Assembly: GCF_000940845.1 (NCBI RefSeq)
Contig: NZ_CP010341.1
Location: 390,001 to 422,000, forward strand
Source of the DNA: Propionibacterium freudenreichii subsp. freudenreichii
GTDB taxonomy: Bacteria > Actinomycetota > Actinomycetes > Propionibacteriales > Propionibacteriaceae
Reading direction: 5' to 3'
Length of the DNA: 32,000 bases
Made by a program: the position numbers and the translations under genes. Below are positions 1-8,112 of the stretch, piece after piece; within the stretch, counting starts at the first letter, position 1, and the number at the start of each line of letters is the position of its first letter. The notes under the pieces are model-generated. The model worked only from the letters and a program-made list of their open reading frames with translations. It ran no database searches and had not been told where the DNA came from.

Positions 1-300
1 TCGGTCGAGGAGAAGGCCGCCGCGGTGCGGATGGTGAGGACGCTGCGCGCGGAGCTGGGCGTCACGCAGGGGACGGTGCAGCGGGTCGCGACGCAGCTCG
101 GTTACGGGGTCGAGTCCGTGCGGATGTGGGTCAAGCAGGCCGACGTCGACGACGGTGTCGTCCCCGGTGTGAGCTCGGCGGAGGAGCAGCGGGTGAAAGA
201 GCTCGAGCAAGAGAATCGGGAGCTGCGCCGGGCCAACGAGGTGCTGAAACGGGCGGCGTCTTTCTTCGGGGCGGAGCTCGACCGCCACTACCGGAAGTAG
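1..300 (+). CDS. IS3-family transposase OrfA (HTH / leucine-zipper part), N-terminus cut by the window edge
   Basis: Frame 1 is open from base 1 (SVEEKAAAVRMVRTLRAELG...). It contains an HTH-like segment and the heptad-like LEQENRELRRANEVLKRA, then ends ...FFGAELDRHYRK*, as typical for IS3 OrfA. Confidence 0.75.
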   Translation, partial: SVEEKAAAVRMVRTLRAELGVTQGTVQRVATQLGYGVESVRMWVKQADVDDGVVPGVSSAEEQRVKELEQENRELRRANEVLKRAASFFGAELDRHYRK

Positions 301-1220
301 TCGCGTTCATCGACGCGAACAAGGACGACGTCGTGGACGGTCGCCGGCTCGGAGTCGAGCTCATCTGCAGACTGTTGCAGGTGGCTCCGAGCAGCTACTA
401 CGCCGCCAAGACCCGTGCGCCCTCTGCCCGTGCGCTGCGTGACGAGGAACTGATCCCGCAGCTGGTCGAGATCTGGGAGGCCAACTACCGCGTCTACGGG
501 GTCCGCAAGCTCTGGAAGGCTGCCCGGCGTGGGGGCATCATGATCGGCCGCGACCAGACTGCGAGGCTGATGCGCGCCGCAGGGATCGAAGGTGCGAGGC
601 GGTCGAAGCGGGTGAAGACCACGCGGCCGGACCCGGCGTCGTCGCGGCACCCGGACCTGGTCAAGCGGGAGTTCACCGCGACGGCACCGAACCGGCTCTG
701 GGTGACCGATCTGACATTCGTGCCCACCTGGGCTGGCGTCGCCTACGTCTGCTTCATCATCGACGCGTTCTCCCGGATGATCGTGGGGTGGCGGGTCGCG
801 TCACATATGCGCACCGAGATGGTCCTCGACGCGATCGAGATGGCGCGCTGGTCCCGAGGCGCCCACCATGAGGATCTGCGGTGTCACAGCGACGCGGGCT
901 GTCAATTCACATCGATTCGCTACGGCGAACGCCTCGCAGAGATCGGTGCGACACCCTCGATCGGGACCGTCGGCGATTCGTATGACAACGCCCTGGCCGA
1001 GACGGTGAACGGCTACTACAAGGCCGAGTTGGTTCGCGGGCCCACCCGCTCGGGACCGTGGAAGACGGTCGAGGATCTCGAGCTCGCGACGCTCGGCTGG
1101 GTGCCCTGGCACAACACGCAGCGCCTCCACGGATACCTCGGAGACGTCCCACCCGCCGAGTTCGAGAACGTGTTCTATGCTGTCCCCAACGACAGCAATC
1201 TGCTGATCGGAATCAAATAG
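285..1220 (+). CDS. IS3-family transposase OrfB (DDE/RNase-H integrase core), expected as an OrfAB fusion via -1 frameshift
   Basis: Sequence is typical of IS3 OrfB: LWVTDLTFV..YVCFIIDAFSRMIVGW...HSDAGCQFTS..YDNALAETVNGYYKAE..HNTQRLHGYLGDVPPAEFE. The frame is open from 126, but similarity starts near 285 (PLPEVVAFIDANKD). The exact slippery site was not identified. Confidence 0.85.
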   Translation, partial: PLPEVVAFIDANKDDVVDGRRLGVELICRLLQVAPSSYYAAKTRAPSARALRDEELIPQLVEIWEANYRVYGVRKLWKAARRGGIMIGRDQTARLMRAAGIEGARRSKRVKTTRPDPASSRHPDLVKREFTATAPNRLWVTDLTFVPTWAGVAYVCFIIDAFSRMIVGWRVASHMRTEMVLDAIEMARWSRGAHHEDLRCHSDAGCQFTSIRYGERLAEIGATPSIGTVGDSYDNALAETVNGYYKAELVRGPTRSGPWKTVEDLELATLGWVPWHNTQRLHGYLGDVPPAEFENVFYAVPNDSNLLIGIK

Positions 1221-1263
1221 CGCGAGTCTCCATCAGACCCAGGGCGCTTCAGTCGAGGCCAAC

Positions 1264-2343
1264 ATGACCCGCATGATCGACTACTACAATCAACAGGCTT
1301 CAACCTGCGACGGAGAAGAGCAAAACCTCGACCGTGATCCCACCAAGATCAGCTGGTCATCCAGTCTCGTTCCCCGTGCCCTCCGCGGAGAATTGAGAGA
1401 GTTCCGAAAAGACTCAATACGAACGGGCCTCTACAGGCCGTTCTCAAAGCAAGCAGTCTACTTTGACTCCGTCTTCAATCATCGCCCCGGCAAGAGCGCT
1501 GCATACTTCCCCACCCCCGCACACGACAACATCGGCTTCTATCTTGTGGGAGTGGGTTCCGCGGTCCCGTTCAGTGCGGTCGCGATTGACTGCCTCCCGG
1601 ATCTCCATGTGACGGGGGCCGGAAGCGGCGGCCAGTTCTTCCCTCGCTGGACCTATGAGCGGGCCGATAGCGGCGACCAGGACGTCCTGCCTGCCCCCGA
1701 CGAGACCGTCGACGAGTGGGGCTACCGGCGCGTCGACAACATCACCGACCAAGCGCTCAAGGCTTATCGCGACGCGTTCGGCGCGCAGGTGTCCAAGGAT
1801 GACATCTTCTACTACGTCTACGCCGTCCTCCACTCGCCGCAGTACCGCACGGCGTTCGCCGCAGACCTCAAGCGCATGCTGCCCCGGATCCCGCTGGCCG
1901 CCTCCCGAGACGACTTCGAGCGGTTCGTCGATGCCGGGACCAGGCTGATTGATCTGCACGTCAACTATGAGTCGGTGGACCCGTACCCGCTGGTCGAACA
2001 CCACACCGAAGGCGTGCCGGAAGGTGTGCTGTACAGGGTGGAGAAGATGCGGTGGAAGGACAAGACCGCCAAGAAGACCCTCATCTACAACGCTCACGTC
2101 ACCCTCGACGACATCCCTGTCGTCGCCAGTGAGTACATGCTCGGCTCCAGATCGGCGCTGGAGTGGATCATCGACCGTTACAGGGTCAAGACGGACAAGG
2201 CCTCCGGCATCCTCAACGACCCCAACCAGTGGGCCACCGAGCACGACGATCCTCGCTACATCCTCGACCTGGTCAAACGCGTCACCCGAGTCTCCGTCGA
2301 CACCATGGCGGTCGTTGAAACTCTGCCGGGGCTCCCGTTGTGA
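1264..2343 (+). pseudogene. 3' fragment of a type ISP (LlaGI/LlaBIII-like) restriction-modification enzyme: C-terminal specificity domain only
   Basis: Motifs I associate with the type ISP C-terminal domain are present: YRPFSKQAVYFD, CLPDLHVTG..GGQFFPRWTYE, DIFYYVYAVLHSPQYR, LKRMLPRIPL, LHVNYE and SRSALEWIIDRYRVKTDKASGILNDPN. Only about 359 codons are present, whereas such enzymes are about 1500-1600 aa. The frame is open back to 1207 and runs straight into the IS3 right end. No nuclease, helicase or methylase parts are present here. Confidence 0.65.
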
Positions 2344-3311
2344 CCGATCCCGAACCCCTGGATCCGTGGACTCGGATCGACGTGTCGGGGTGGAAGGTGA
2401 ACCTTGTTGAGCCGGCCGGGTCGACCGCCGGCATGTGGCTGATCAGACCGGGCACCACACAGCACTGGTTGTGCAAGCTGACTACGACTCCGGCCACAGG
2501 TGTGGAGCAGGGCGAGGACTGGGCGGAGGTGGTGTCCACCCAAGTGGCACGGGCACTGTCTGTGCCCTGCGCTCAAACCTGTCTGTGCACCCAGGACGGC
2601 CAACGAGGATCGCTGTCACTGTCGGTGAGGCCCTTCGGCTATGACTTAGTCGAAGGAAAAGTCTTGCTCCAAACTGAGAATGTTCCCGGCTACGTGCCGT
2701 ATGAGGTGGGCGGCCATGCAGCTGATCCTCAGCGGCCCGGCGTCGAGCGGCCCGGCCACACTTTGGAGAACATCCGGAGAGTCCTGGACCAAGTAGAGCC
2801 CCCCGATGGATGGATGGGGCCTTCCACGGCGACTGGGTTTGACGTGTTCGTGGGGTACTTGGTGCTCGACGCCCTCGTGGCCAACCGTGACAGGCACGAG
2901 GAGAACTGGGCGGTCCTACGGGCTCAGACGAACGATGTCGCTGACCGAGTGTCTCCCTCCTACGATCATGGTGGGACCCTGGGATATCAGCTGTCCGAAG
3001 CCGCCCGCCTCAGCTGTCTCGACACGCAGGATGGCGTGGCTCGTTGGGCGAAACGCGGTACCGCCTGGCGGTTCGAACATCGACGACCTGCGCCCACTCT
3101 TGTCGAGGTTGCCGTACGGGGACTGGAGATGTGTCGGCCGGCCACTGCCGTGTGGTGGCGGTCTCGCCTGCACGACCTTGACCTCAGTGCCGTGGTTGAG
3201 CGGGTATCGTCAGGGGTTCCGGGAATGTCTGAGCTGGCCGGTAGGTTCATCACTGAACTGCTCAATATGAACGTCAGGAGGTTGCGGGATGCCTTACACA
3301 TCAGTGCTTGA
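2340..3311 (+). CDS. HipA-family Ser/Thr kinase, core kinase domain only (HipT-like); candidate toxin
   Basis: The catalytic loop has the pattern D-x-H-x-x-N (LVANRDRHEENWAVL), followed by SPSYDHGGTLGY (Mg-binding YD), as in HipA-family kinases. At 323 aa it is too short to include the HipA N-subdomain. The GTG start overlaps the upstream stop (GTGA at 2340-2343). Confidence 0.65.
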   Translation: MTDPEPLDPWTRIDVSGWKVNLVEPAGSTAGMWLIRPGTTQHWLCKLTTTPATGVEQGEDWAEVVSTQVARALSVPCAQTCLCTQDGQRGSLSLSVRPFGYDLVEGKVLLQTENVPGYVPYEVGGHAADPQRPGVERPGHTLENIRRVLDQVEPPDGWMGPSTATGFDVFVGYLVLDALVANRDRHEENWAVLRAQTNDVADRVSPSYDHGGTLGYQLSEAARLSCLDTQDGVARWAKRGTAWRFEHRRPAPTLVEVAVRGLEMCRPATAVWWRSRLHDLDLSAVVERVSSGVPGMSELAGRFITELLNMNVRRLRDALHISA

Positions 3312-4098
3312 GCGTGCCAGTGCCGATACCGCCACCCGTGTCGTGGACCTGCTGGTGTTGTGGCAGCGCCCCGACACCAGGCAGATCGTGCCGATTGGAC
3401 GGTTCGGCTTTAACGGCGTCGAGTACACGTTCTCCTATACCCGCACTGCCACCGAGCTCAGCAGCTTCCGGCCGCTTCCGGGTCTTGGCGGCTTGTTCGA
3501 TCGCTACCAGTCGACCACGATGCCTGCGGTATTCAGTCAACGTGTTATGTCCGATCAGCGGCCCGACTACAGCAGCTATCTTCACAGCCTGGGACTGGAA
3601 CGGGCCACCCCGTGGGAACAGATCGTGTACTCGGGTGGTCCCCGGGCTGGGGACACGTTGCAGTTCATGCAGATGCCGGTGGTGTCTGAGGGGACGGCGA
3701 CAGCTCAGTTCCTGGTGAACGGGATCTCGCACATTCCCGATGGACTACTGCGCCTCGACGATCGGACGGTTCAGGTCACCAGGCCGCAACTGGATGGCGC
3801 TCTTGCCGGGGTGCAGAAGTTCCAGAGTGTCCGCCTCGCCAGAGAGATCGACAACCCCGAAGATCCCCACGCGGTACTTGTCATGGATGGGACTGTCCCG
3901 CTGGGATGGGTGCCCCGTGTTCTCTCCCAAGGTGTGCGCCAGCTCATGGACGCAGGTTTGGCAGAAGCTGTGGTGGACAATCTGGGTTCTGTAGGTGCAT
4001 CGGACCACGAGCGCCTGACGTTGACCATCAGGACCTCAGCCCCAGAAGGATTCAGTTTCGATCCTGACGGGCGGTGGGATCCCGCCTTCCGCGGGTGA
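3289..4098 (+). CDS. HipS-like N-terminal domain fused to a C-terminal HIRAN domain; candidate antitoxin/sensor
   Basis: The N-terminal ~130 aa follow the HipA N-subdomain/HipS pattern (IVPIGRFGFNGVEYTFSYT..FRPLPGL..AVFSQRVMSDQRPDY..LGLERATPWEQIVYSGGPRAGDTLQF). The C-terminal ~100 aa fit HIRAN (VRLAREIDNPEDPHAVLVMDGTVPLGWVPRVLSQGVRQLMDAG). An AGGAGG Shine-Dalgarno sits 7 nt before ATG 3289, and the gene overlaps the kinase gene by 23 nt. Confidence 0.6.
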   Translation: MPYTSVLERASADTATRVVDLLVLWQRPDTRQIVPIGRFGFNGVEYTFSYTRTATELSSFRPLPGLGGLFDRYQSTTMPAVFSQRVMSDQRPDYSSYLHSLGLERATPWEQIVYSGGPRAGDTLQFMQMPVVSEGTATAQFLVNGISHIPDGLLRLDDRTVQVTRPQLDGALAGVQKFQSVRLAREIDNPEDPHAVLVMDGTVPLGWVPRVLSQGVRQLMDAGLAEAVVDNLGSVGASDHERLTLTIRTSAPEGFSFDPDGRWDPAFRG

Positions 4099-4253
4099 GT
4101 AGCGTCGGTGCTCCGGAGATTGCTCACCAATGGCCACCTCGACTGCCTCGTCGACCGCACCTTCGGCGCCACCAAGAAGCATGCCTGCAACCATGACGGG
4201 GAAGCATTGCTGTACAAGCGGTACTCGTCCAGGACGGGTCTGGGGCCACTCGC

Positions 4254-4760
4254 ATGACATGGGGAATTGCCGCTGACATTGCGACAACATTCGGCGTGTT
4301 CGTGGCACTCGTCGGCGTGATCGTGTCGGCCTTCCTCGGTGTGCGTTCCGAGAGAGCCAGCGCGAGCCGCTCGGAAGCGGCCGCCAGACTGAGCGACGAG
4401 AACGCTCGGTTGACGATAGCCGCTCTCGAAAAGATCGCAGCACATCAGCCAGGCCATGAGCCACTGCAAGTGGCCACGAAGGTCGCTTGGGCCATGACCC
4501 ACTACAAGGGCGACACCTACCAGTTGCAGAACATTGGAGACAAGACCGCATACGAGGTGGAGATAGACCCTGCCCGCGACGCGAACATGATATTCCGTAA
4601 GCCAGCTGTGGCCGATCTAAACCCAGAAGATGCACTTACCTTCTTGGCTGCCAAGACGATGGCTACGTTAGATAGCACGATCACGGTCGCATGGACTGAA
4701 GAGGGAGACAACACTCCGCACGAGTGGCGCTACCCCCTGCCTCCTCGTCCGCCACGTTAG
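4254..4760 (+). CDS. hypothetical protein with an N-terminal transmembrane anchor
   Basis: The 168-aa ORF has one clear hydrophobic helix (IAADIATTFGVFVALVGVIVSAFLGV) followed by a soluble domain. I recognise no family. GC is intermediate and some rare codons are used. Confidence 0.45.
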   Translation: MTWGIAADIATTFGVFVALVGVIVSAFLGVRSERASASRSEAAARLSDENARLTIAALEKIAAHQPGHEPLQVATKVAWAMTHYKGDTYQLQNIGDKTAYEVEIDPARDANMIFRKPAVADLNPEDALTFLAAKTMATLDSTITVAWTEEGDNTPHEWRYPLPPRPPR

Positions 4761-4869
4761 GCCTGGAGCGACGTGCAGTCACTGGAAGGTAGCTCGCGAG
4801 TTGGCCAGTCCTACCGCAAGCATGAGGTCATTTCAAGCAACTAGAAAATTGGCGTTGGGTGAATCTGAA

Positions 4870-6123
4870 TCATTTCAGTGACCTGAGCGCTTCGTCAGCT
4901 CGATACAAGTAGTAGAAGTCATGGGATGCAAGATCCTTTCTGGCTCTCGCTCTTTCCTTTGTCACGCTTCTGGCCATTATCCCTACAGTTGCCAACGCGC
5001 CGATTCCTGTCGCGATAGCTCCGTTAATGTCTGTCTTATCAGCAATCAGCATACCGATCGTTAAAGGCGCCCAAGTGCCATTCGCCAGACTTTTTATGTC
5101 ACCATCGACAGCCTGAATCATTTCACGAACAAGTCCATGGTCTGCCATAGCGGACCTAATCTCTTGAATTTCTGGCTCGACACGCGTTCTCCAAGCTGCA
5201 AGAATATCGGCCTGAACGTCAGCATCGAAGGGACTGGTAGTCATCTCCTCTCTCAGGGCCGCCACATCAGCGCGATATTGAGACAACGGTTCATCAAGAT
5301 CGCTTCGAAGATCCATGATCTCGTCCATTGGGGCTGTGGTGAAAGCTGGGAGGCAAGAAATGAATCCAGTCCCTAGAGTGGCTTCCTTGGCATTATTAAG
5401 TACTCGTGTTGAAGGTGTGATGAGTCCCTCATTCTGCATCGCCGTCACGAGGGGAGACGCGGTCGGATCGAGAAGAATCAGCTTGTACTGATCGTTGAGG
5501 GTCTTCGTGAGTTCATCGAGGAACTGATCGAGCAGATCGTTGGAATTGATCGCGCTTGATATGCGAGGATTGAAAGTTACTGTGCGGCTTGATATTACAC
5601 CGTTTAGCTCTTCGACCCCTGACGTAACACGTAGTTGATGGAGATCACTCAACATTTTGTCCATCTCGGGTCCATGTATAGACTCATGGATCTGAGTAAG
5701 CTGGTGATCGATCTCATTTCCTTGAGGGGAATCGTTCAAGATCTCTTTACGATCCTCTGGGTTCATATGTAACAGTGTTAGGGCCACTCGCAGTAAATGT
5801 ATATCCATGTTGTTCTGCTTCAGAATATCTGGTCCTGCTAGCTGTAGCAGTGTCTCATCGTCAAGAGACTGAAGAAACAGCCCTGGGTCTTCAGCGATAC
5901 CCTCCGCGGTACTTCGTGTCTGGTTGATTATTTCGGTCATGGGGCTTAACAGTTCGACATCGTCGGCATATAGTATGGATGCTTTTATAAGGTTATTTAC
6001 GTGTCGAAGTTCGGGTTGCTCTGAGGTTCCTACGCCTGTGGAGACGACAGTCAGATGAGTTGGATGCACTGTCTTGGCGGTGCGTCTTCTGCTTCTGTTT
6101 GGTGTGCGATTGTGCTTGGTCAC
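4870..6123 (-). CDS. hypothetical protein, low-GC (foreign) gene, with a C-terminal glycine-zipper-like membrane segment
   Basis: This 417-aa ORF is the only long ORF in the stretch. Hand-counted 60-nt lines at 5581, 5761 and 5941 give 40-48% G+C, versus 70% for line 6241 in the neighbouring recombinase gene. The C-terminus reads GTWAPLTIGMLIADKTDINGAIATGIGALATVGIMA. I recognise no family. GTG start at 6123 with GAGGAG upstream. Confidence 0.55.
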   Translation of the reverse strand: MTKHNRTPNRSRRRTAKTVHPTHLTVVSTGVGTSEQPELRHVNNLIKASILYADDVELLSPMTEIINQTRSTAEGIAEDPGLFLQSLDDETLLQLAGPDILKQNNMDIHLLRVALTLLHMNPEDRKEILNDSPQGNEIDHQLTQIHESIHGPEMDKMLSDLHQLRVTSGVEELNGVISSRTVTFNPRISSAINSNDLLDQFLDELTKTLNDQYKLILLDPTASPLVTAMQNEGLITPSTRVLNNAKEATLGTGFISCLPAFTTAPMDEIMDLRSDLDEPLSQYRADVAALREEMTTSPFDADVQADILAAWRTRVEPEIQEIRSAMADHGLVREMIQAVDGDIKSLANGTWAPLTIGMLIADKTDINGAIATGIGALATVGIMARSVTKERARARKDLASHDFYYLYRADEALRSLK

Positions 6124-6170
6124 GAGACTCCTCGTCGGTGGTCGGTCTGCTGTTGGTCCGGGAAAGAGCT

Positions 6171-6746
6171 TCAGTGTTGGTAGCGGCCTTGGCCGGACAG
6201 GGCGGTGTAGAGGGTCTGCCGCGACACTCCGAGATCCCGGGCGACCCTGGATTTGGTCACCCCGTTGGCGATGCGCCGGCGGGCGGTGTCGATCTGGTCG
6301 GCCGACAGTTTCGGGGTCCGGTTGTAGACGCCGCGGGCTTTGGCCAGGGCGATGCCCTCGGCCTGGCGTTCTTTGATGGTGGCTCGTTCCAGTTGAGCTA
6401 CAGCGCCCAGGATGGTGAGCATGAACTCACCCTGGGGGGAGTCGGTGTTCAGGGCGGGCTGGTCGATGAACTGGATCTGGACGTCCTTGTCCTTGAGCTG
6501 GTTGACCAGGGCGAGGAGGTCGGTGGTGGAGCGGGCGAGCCGGTCGGGCGACTTCACCTTCACCACATCACCGGAGCGCACGTAGCCGAGCATGGCCTGC
6601 AGCTGAGGCCGGTCGGTGGTCCTGGCCGAGATCTTCTCGGCGAAGAGCCGATCAACCTGGCCGATGGCCTCCAACTGGCGTGCCGGGTTCTGGTCAGTGG
6701 TCGAGACCCTGACGTAGCCGACAGTCTGCCCGTCATGTCCACTCAT
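6171..6746 (-). CDS. small serine recombinase (resolvase/invertase family)
   Basis: The N-terminal catalytic motif is VGYVRVSTTDQNPARQ, followed by SPDRLARSTTDLL, GAVAQLERATIKERQAEGI and a C-terminal HTH (VTKSRVARDLGVSRQTLY). At 191 aa it matches the Hin/Gin/gamma-delta resolvase size. Confidence 0.9.
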   Translation of the reverse strand: MSGHDGQTVGYVRVSTTDQNPARQLEAIGQVDRLFAEKISARTTDRPQLQAMLGYVRSGDVVKVKSPDRLARSTTDLLALVNQLKDKDVQIQFIDQPALNTDSPQGEFMLTILGAVAQLERATIKERQAEGIALAKARGVYNRTPKLSADQIDTARRRIANGVTKSRVARDLGVSRQTLYTALSGQGRYQH

Positions 6747-6986
6747 GCTTAAACTCTACGACAGAGCTGTCCATCATGTCTCAAAGCGGCATGGTTGGAC
6801 ACGGTTTCCCGTGGGGCGGGGGAGTGTCTGGTGGGGTATACCCCGGTGGGCGGATCAGCTGCTCAGTGCGATTCGGACTCCTGGCTCGGTCAGGACATCA
6901 CAAATCGACCAGGACTCCCAGGCGATCCAGATGCGGGGCGGGGGCGGGGTAGCCCTGGGCTGGACGTGGCGCACCGGCCCTGCACA

Positions 6987-7036
6987 GTGGTGGCCATGGT
7001 CACATACGCACGCTCGTCTGTGACCATGGCCACCAC
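6987..7036 (-). terminator. Perfect 18-bp inverted repeat hairpin (14-nt loop) directly after the stop of the 7043-7957 gene
   Basis: GTGGTGGCCATGGTCACA (6987-7004) pairs with TGTGACCATGGCCACCAC (7019-7036). No U-tract follows on the minus strand, so this would be an I-shaped terminator as often assumed in high-GC actinobacteria. A recombinase or other protein-binding site is an alternative. Confidence 0.4.
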
Positions 7037-7042
7037 CATCTG

Positions 7043-7957
7043 CTAGGCCGCTGTGCCGTCCTCGGTGGTGTCATCGACGCGCTCGTCGACGAACCGCTCG
7101 AATGCGGCTATGAGGTCTTGCTCATCGTCGAAGGCATGGAGTGTCTTGGCGACGTTCGCCTGTCGGACGGGTTTCAGCTCGGCCCTCCTCTGGAGGACGT
7201 CCTTGGGTGTCTTCAGCCATTTGCCGTCGGAGGTGAGCACGGCCTGCGTGAACTGAACGTAGGAGAGCACGGTGGTCTCGTAGTAGCGGCGAGCTGACAT
7301 GAGGAGATTCCGTCGGGCCCATCCCTTGGGGACCAGGAGGAGCGGGCGGTCGTTTGCGACGGGCAACCGACCACGAGCTGTTGTCCATCGCATGGCGTGC
7401 CGATCCCAAACCGGTCGTTCGACGGACTCGGTGTGGTGAGAGCCAGCCGTGAACTGCGGGTAGATGTCGAGCATCGCTGCGGTGAACTGCATGAGCGGGT
7501 CGAAAACGATCCGGGTAGTGATGTCGGAAGTGATGTCTCGGTCGATGCCTTCAACGAACATCGGAAGTTCTTCAAGATGACGCAGCACACCGATTCGAAC
7601 CAGTGCTTCAACGTTTCCAAGAAGTGTGTCCCAGATCAAGGTGCCGACCTGGTCTGCACCGCCGTGGCCGTGTGTACCGGTTCTTGTCATGCCGAGGCAC
7701 GTCTCGCTTGGCTCATGGAAGTGCTGGAGCAAATCCAGGCCGTGTCTATGTGTATCCTCACCTCCGTCCAGGATGCAGCGCGTCACCTCCGAGAAGAACG
7801 TGTCCATGTCTGTGGCGGCCATCTGCGCGTATGGTTCCGGACCTCCTGAGATGCGGATGGCATGAGGGTCGAGGAACAGGAGGTTGTCTCCCGTCACATC
7901 GACGTCGAGGAATGGGACCGGACCGGGGATCCCGTAGTAGGTACTGATGTTTGACAA
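7043..7957 (-). CDS. hypothetical protein (304 aa from TTG 7957; the ORF is open to GTG 8041)
   Basis: This is a long ORF with good coding appearance. AGGAGG lies 9 nt upstream of TTG 7957, giving an N-terminus LSNISTYYGIPGPVPFLDVDV.... I recognise no domain. Confidence 0.55.
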   Translation of the reverse strand: MSNISTYYGIPGPVPFLDVDVTGDNLLFLDPHAIRISGGPEPYAQMAATDMDTFFSEVTRCILDGGEDTHRHGLDLLQHFHEPSETCLGMTRTGTHGHGGADQVGTLIWDTLLGNVEALVRIGVLRHLEELPMFVEGIDRDITSDITTRIVFDPLMQFTAAMLDIYPQFTAGSHHTESVERPVWDRHAMRWTTARGRLPVANDRPLLLVPKGWARRNLLMSARRYYETTVLSYVQFTQAVLTSDGKWLKTPKDVLQRRAELKPVRQANVAKTLHAFDDEQDLIAAFERFVDERVDDTTEDGTAA

Positions 7958-8112
7958 GGCGTGTTGCCTCCTGGGTTGTTGCCCAAGGGGGAAGCAGTGG
8001 CTTGTGCCACAGGAAACTCCGCTACGCTGGTGAAGACTCACAAGTCATCATCTGCGCCCCTTGGGCCAGAGGCGGCCCGGGACTGTTCGAGCAGTCCCGG
8101 GCCGTCACATTC

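Larger units (their letters stand above)
1..1260 (+). mobile_element. IS3-family insertion sequence, 5' end outside the window; right end approximate
   Basis: OrfA (frame 1) and OrfB (frame 3) overlap at 126-300, the classic IS3 -1 frameshift layout. The right end must lie between the orfB stop (1220) and about 1260. The terminal IR cannot be confirmed because the left IR is off-window. Confidence 0.8.

Noticed and set aside
126-284. Arg/Gly-rich N-terminal extension of the 364-aa ORF (MGQAGRRRRRCRPRC...) as an independent start for OrfB
   Set aside because: This stretch is simply the alternative frame of orfA. IS3 OrfB is normally made as an OrfAB fusion by frameshifting, and similarity to transposases begins only near 285.
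6060-6752. 230-aa plus-strand ORF overlapping the serine recombinase
   Set aside because: It is antisense to a recombinase gene with textbook motifs, and its translation is Gly/Val/Asp-rich low complexity.
6833-6844. Palindrome GGGGTATACCCC upstream of the recombinase, as a possible crossover site or operator
   Set aside because: A 6+6 palindrome is expected several times by chance in 32 kb on two strands. There is no second copy or flanking symmetry to support function.
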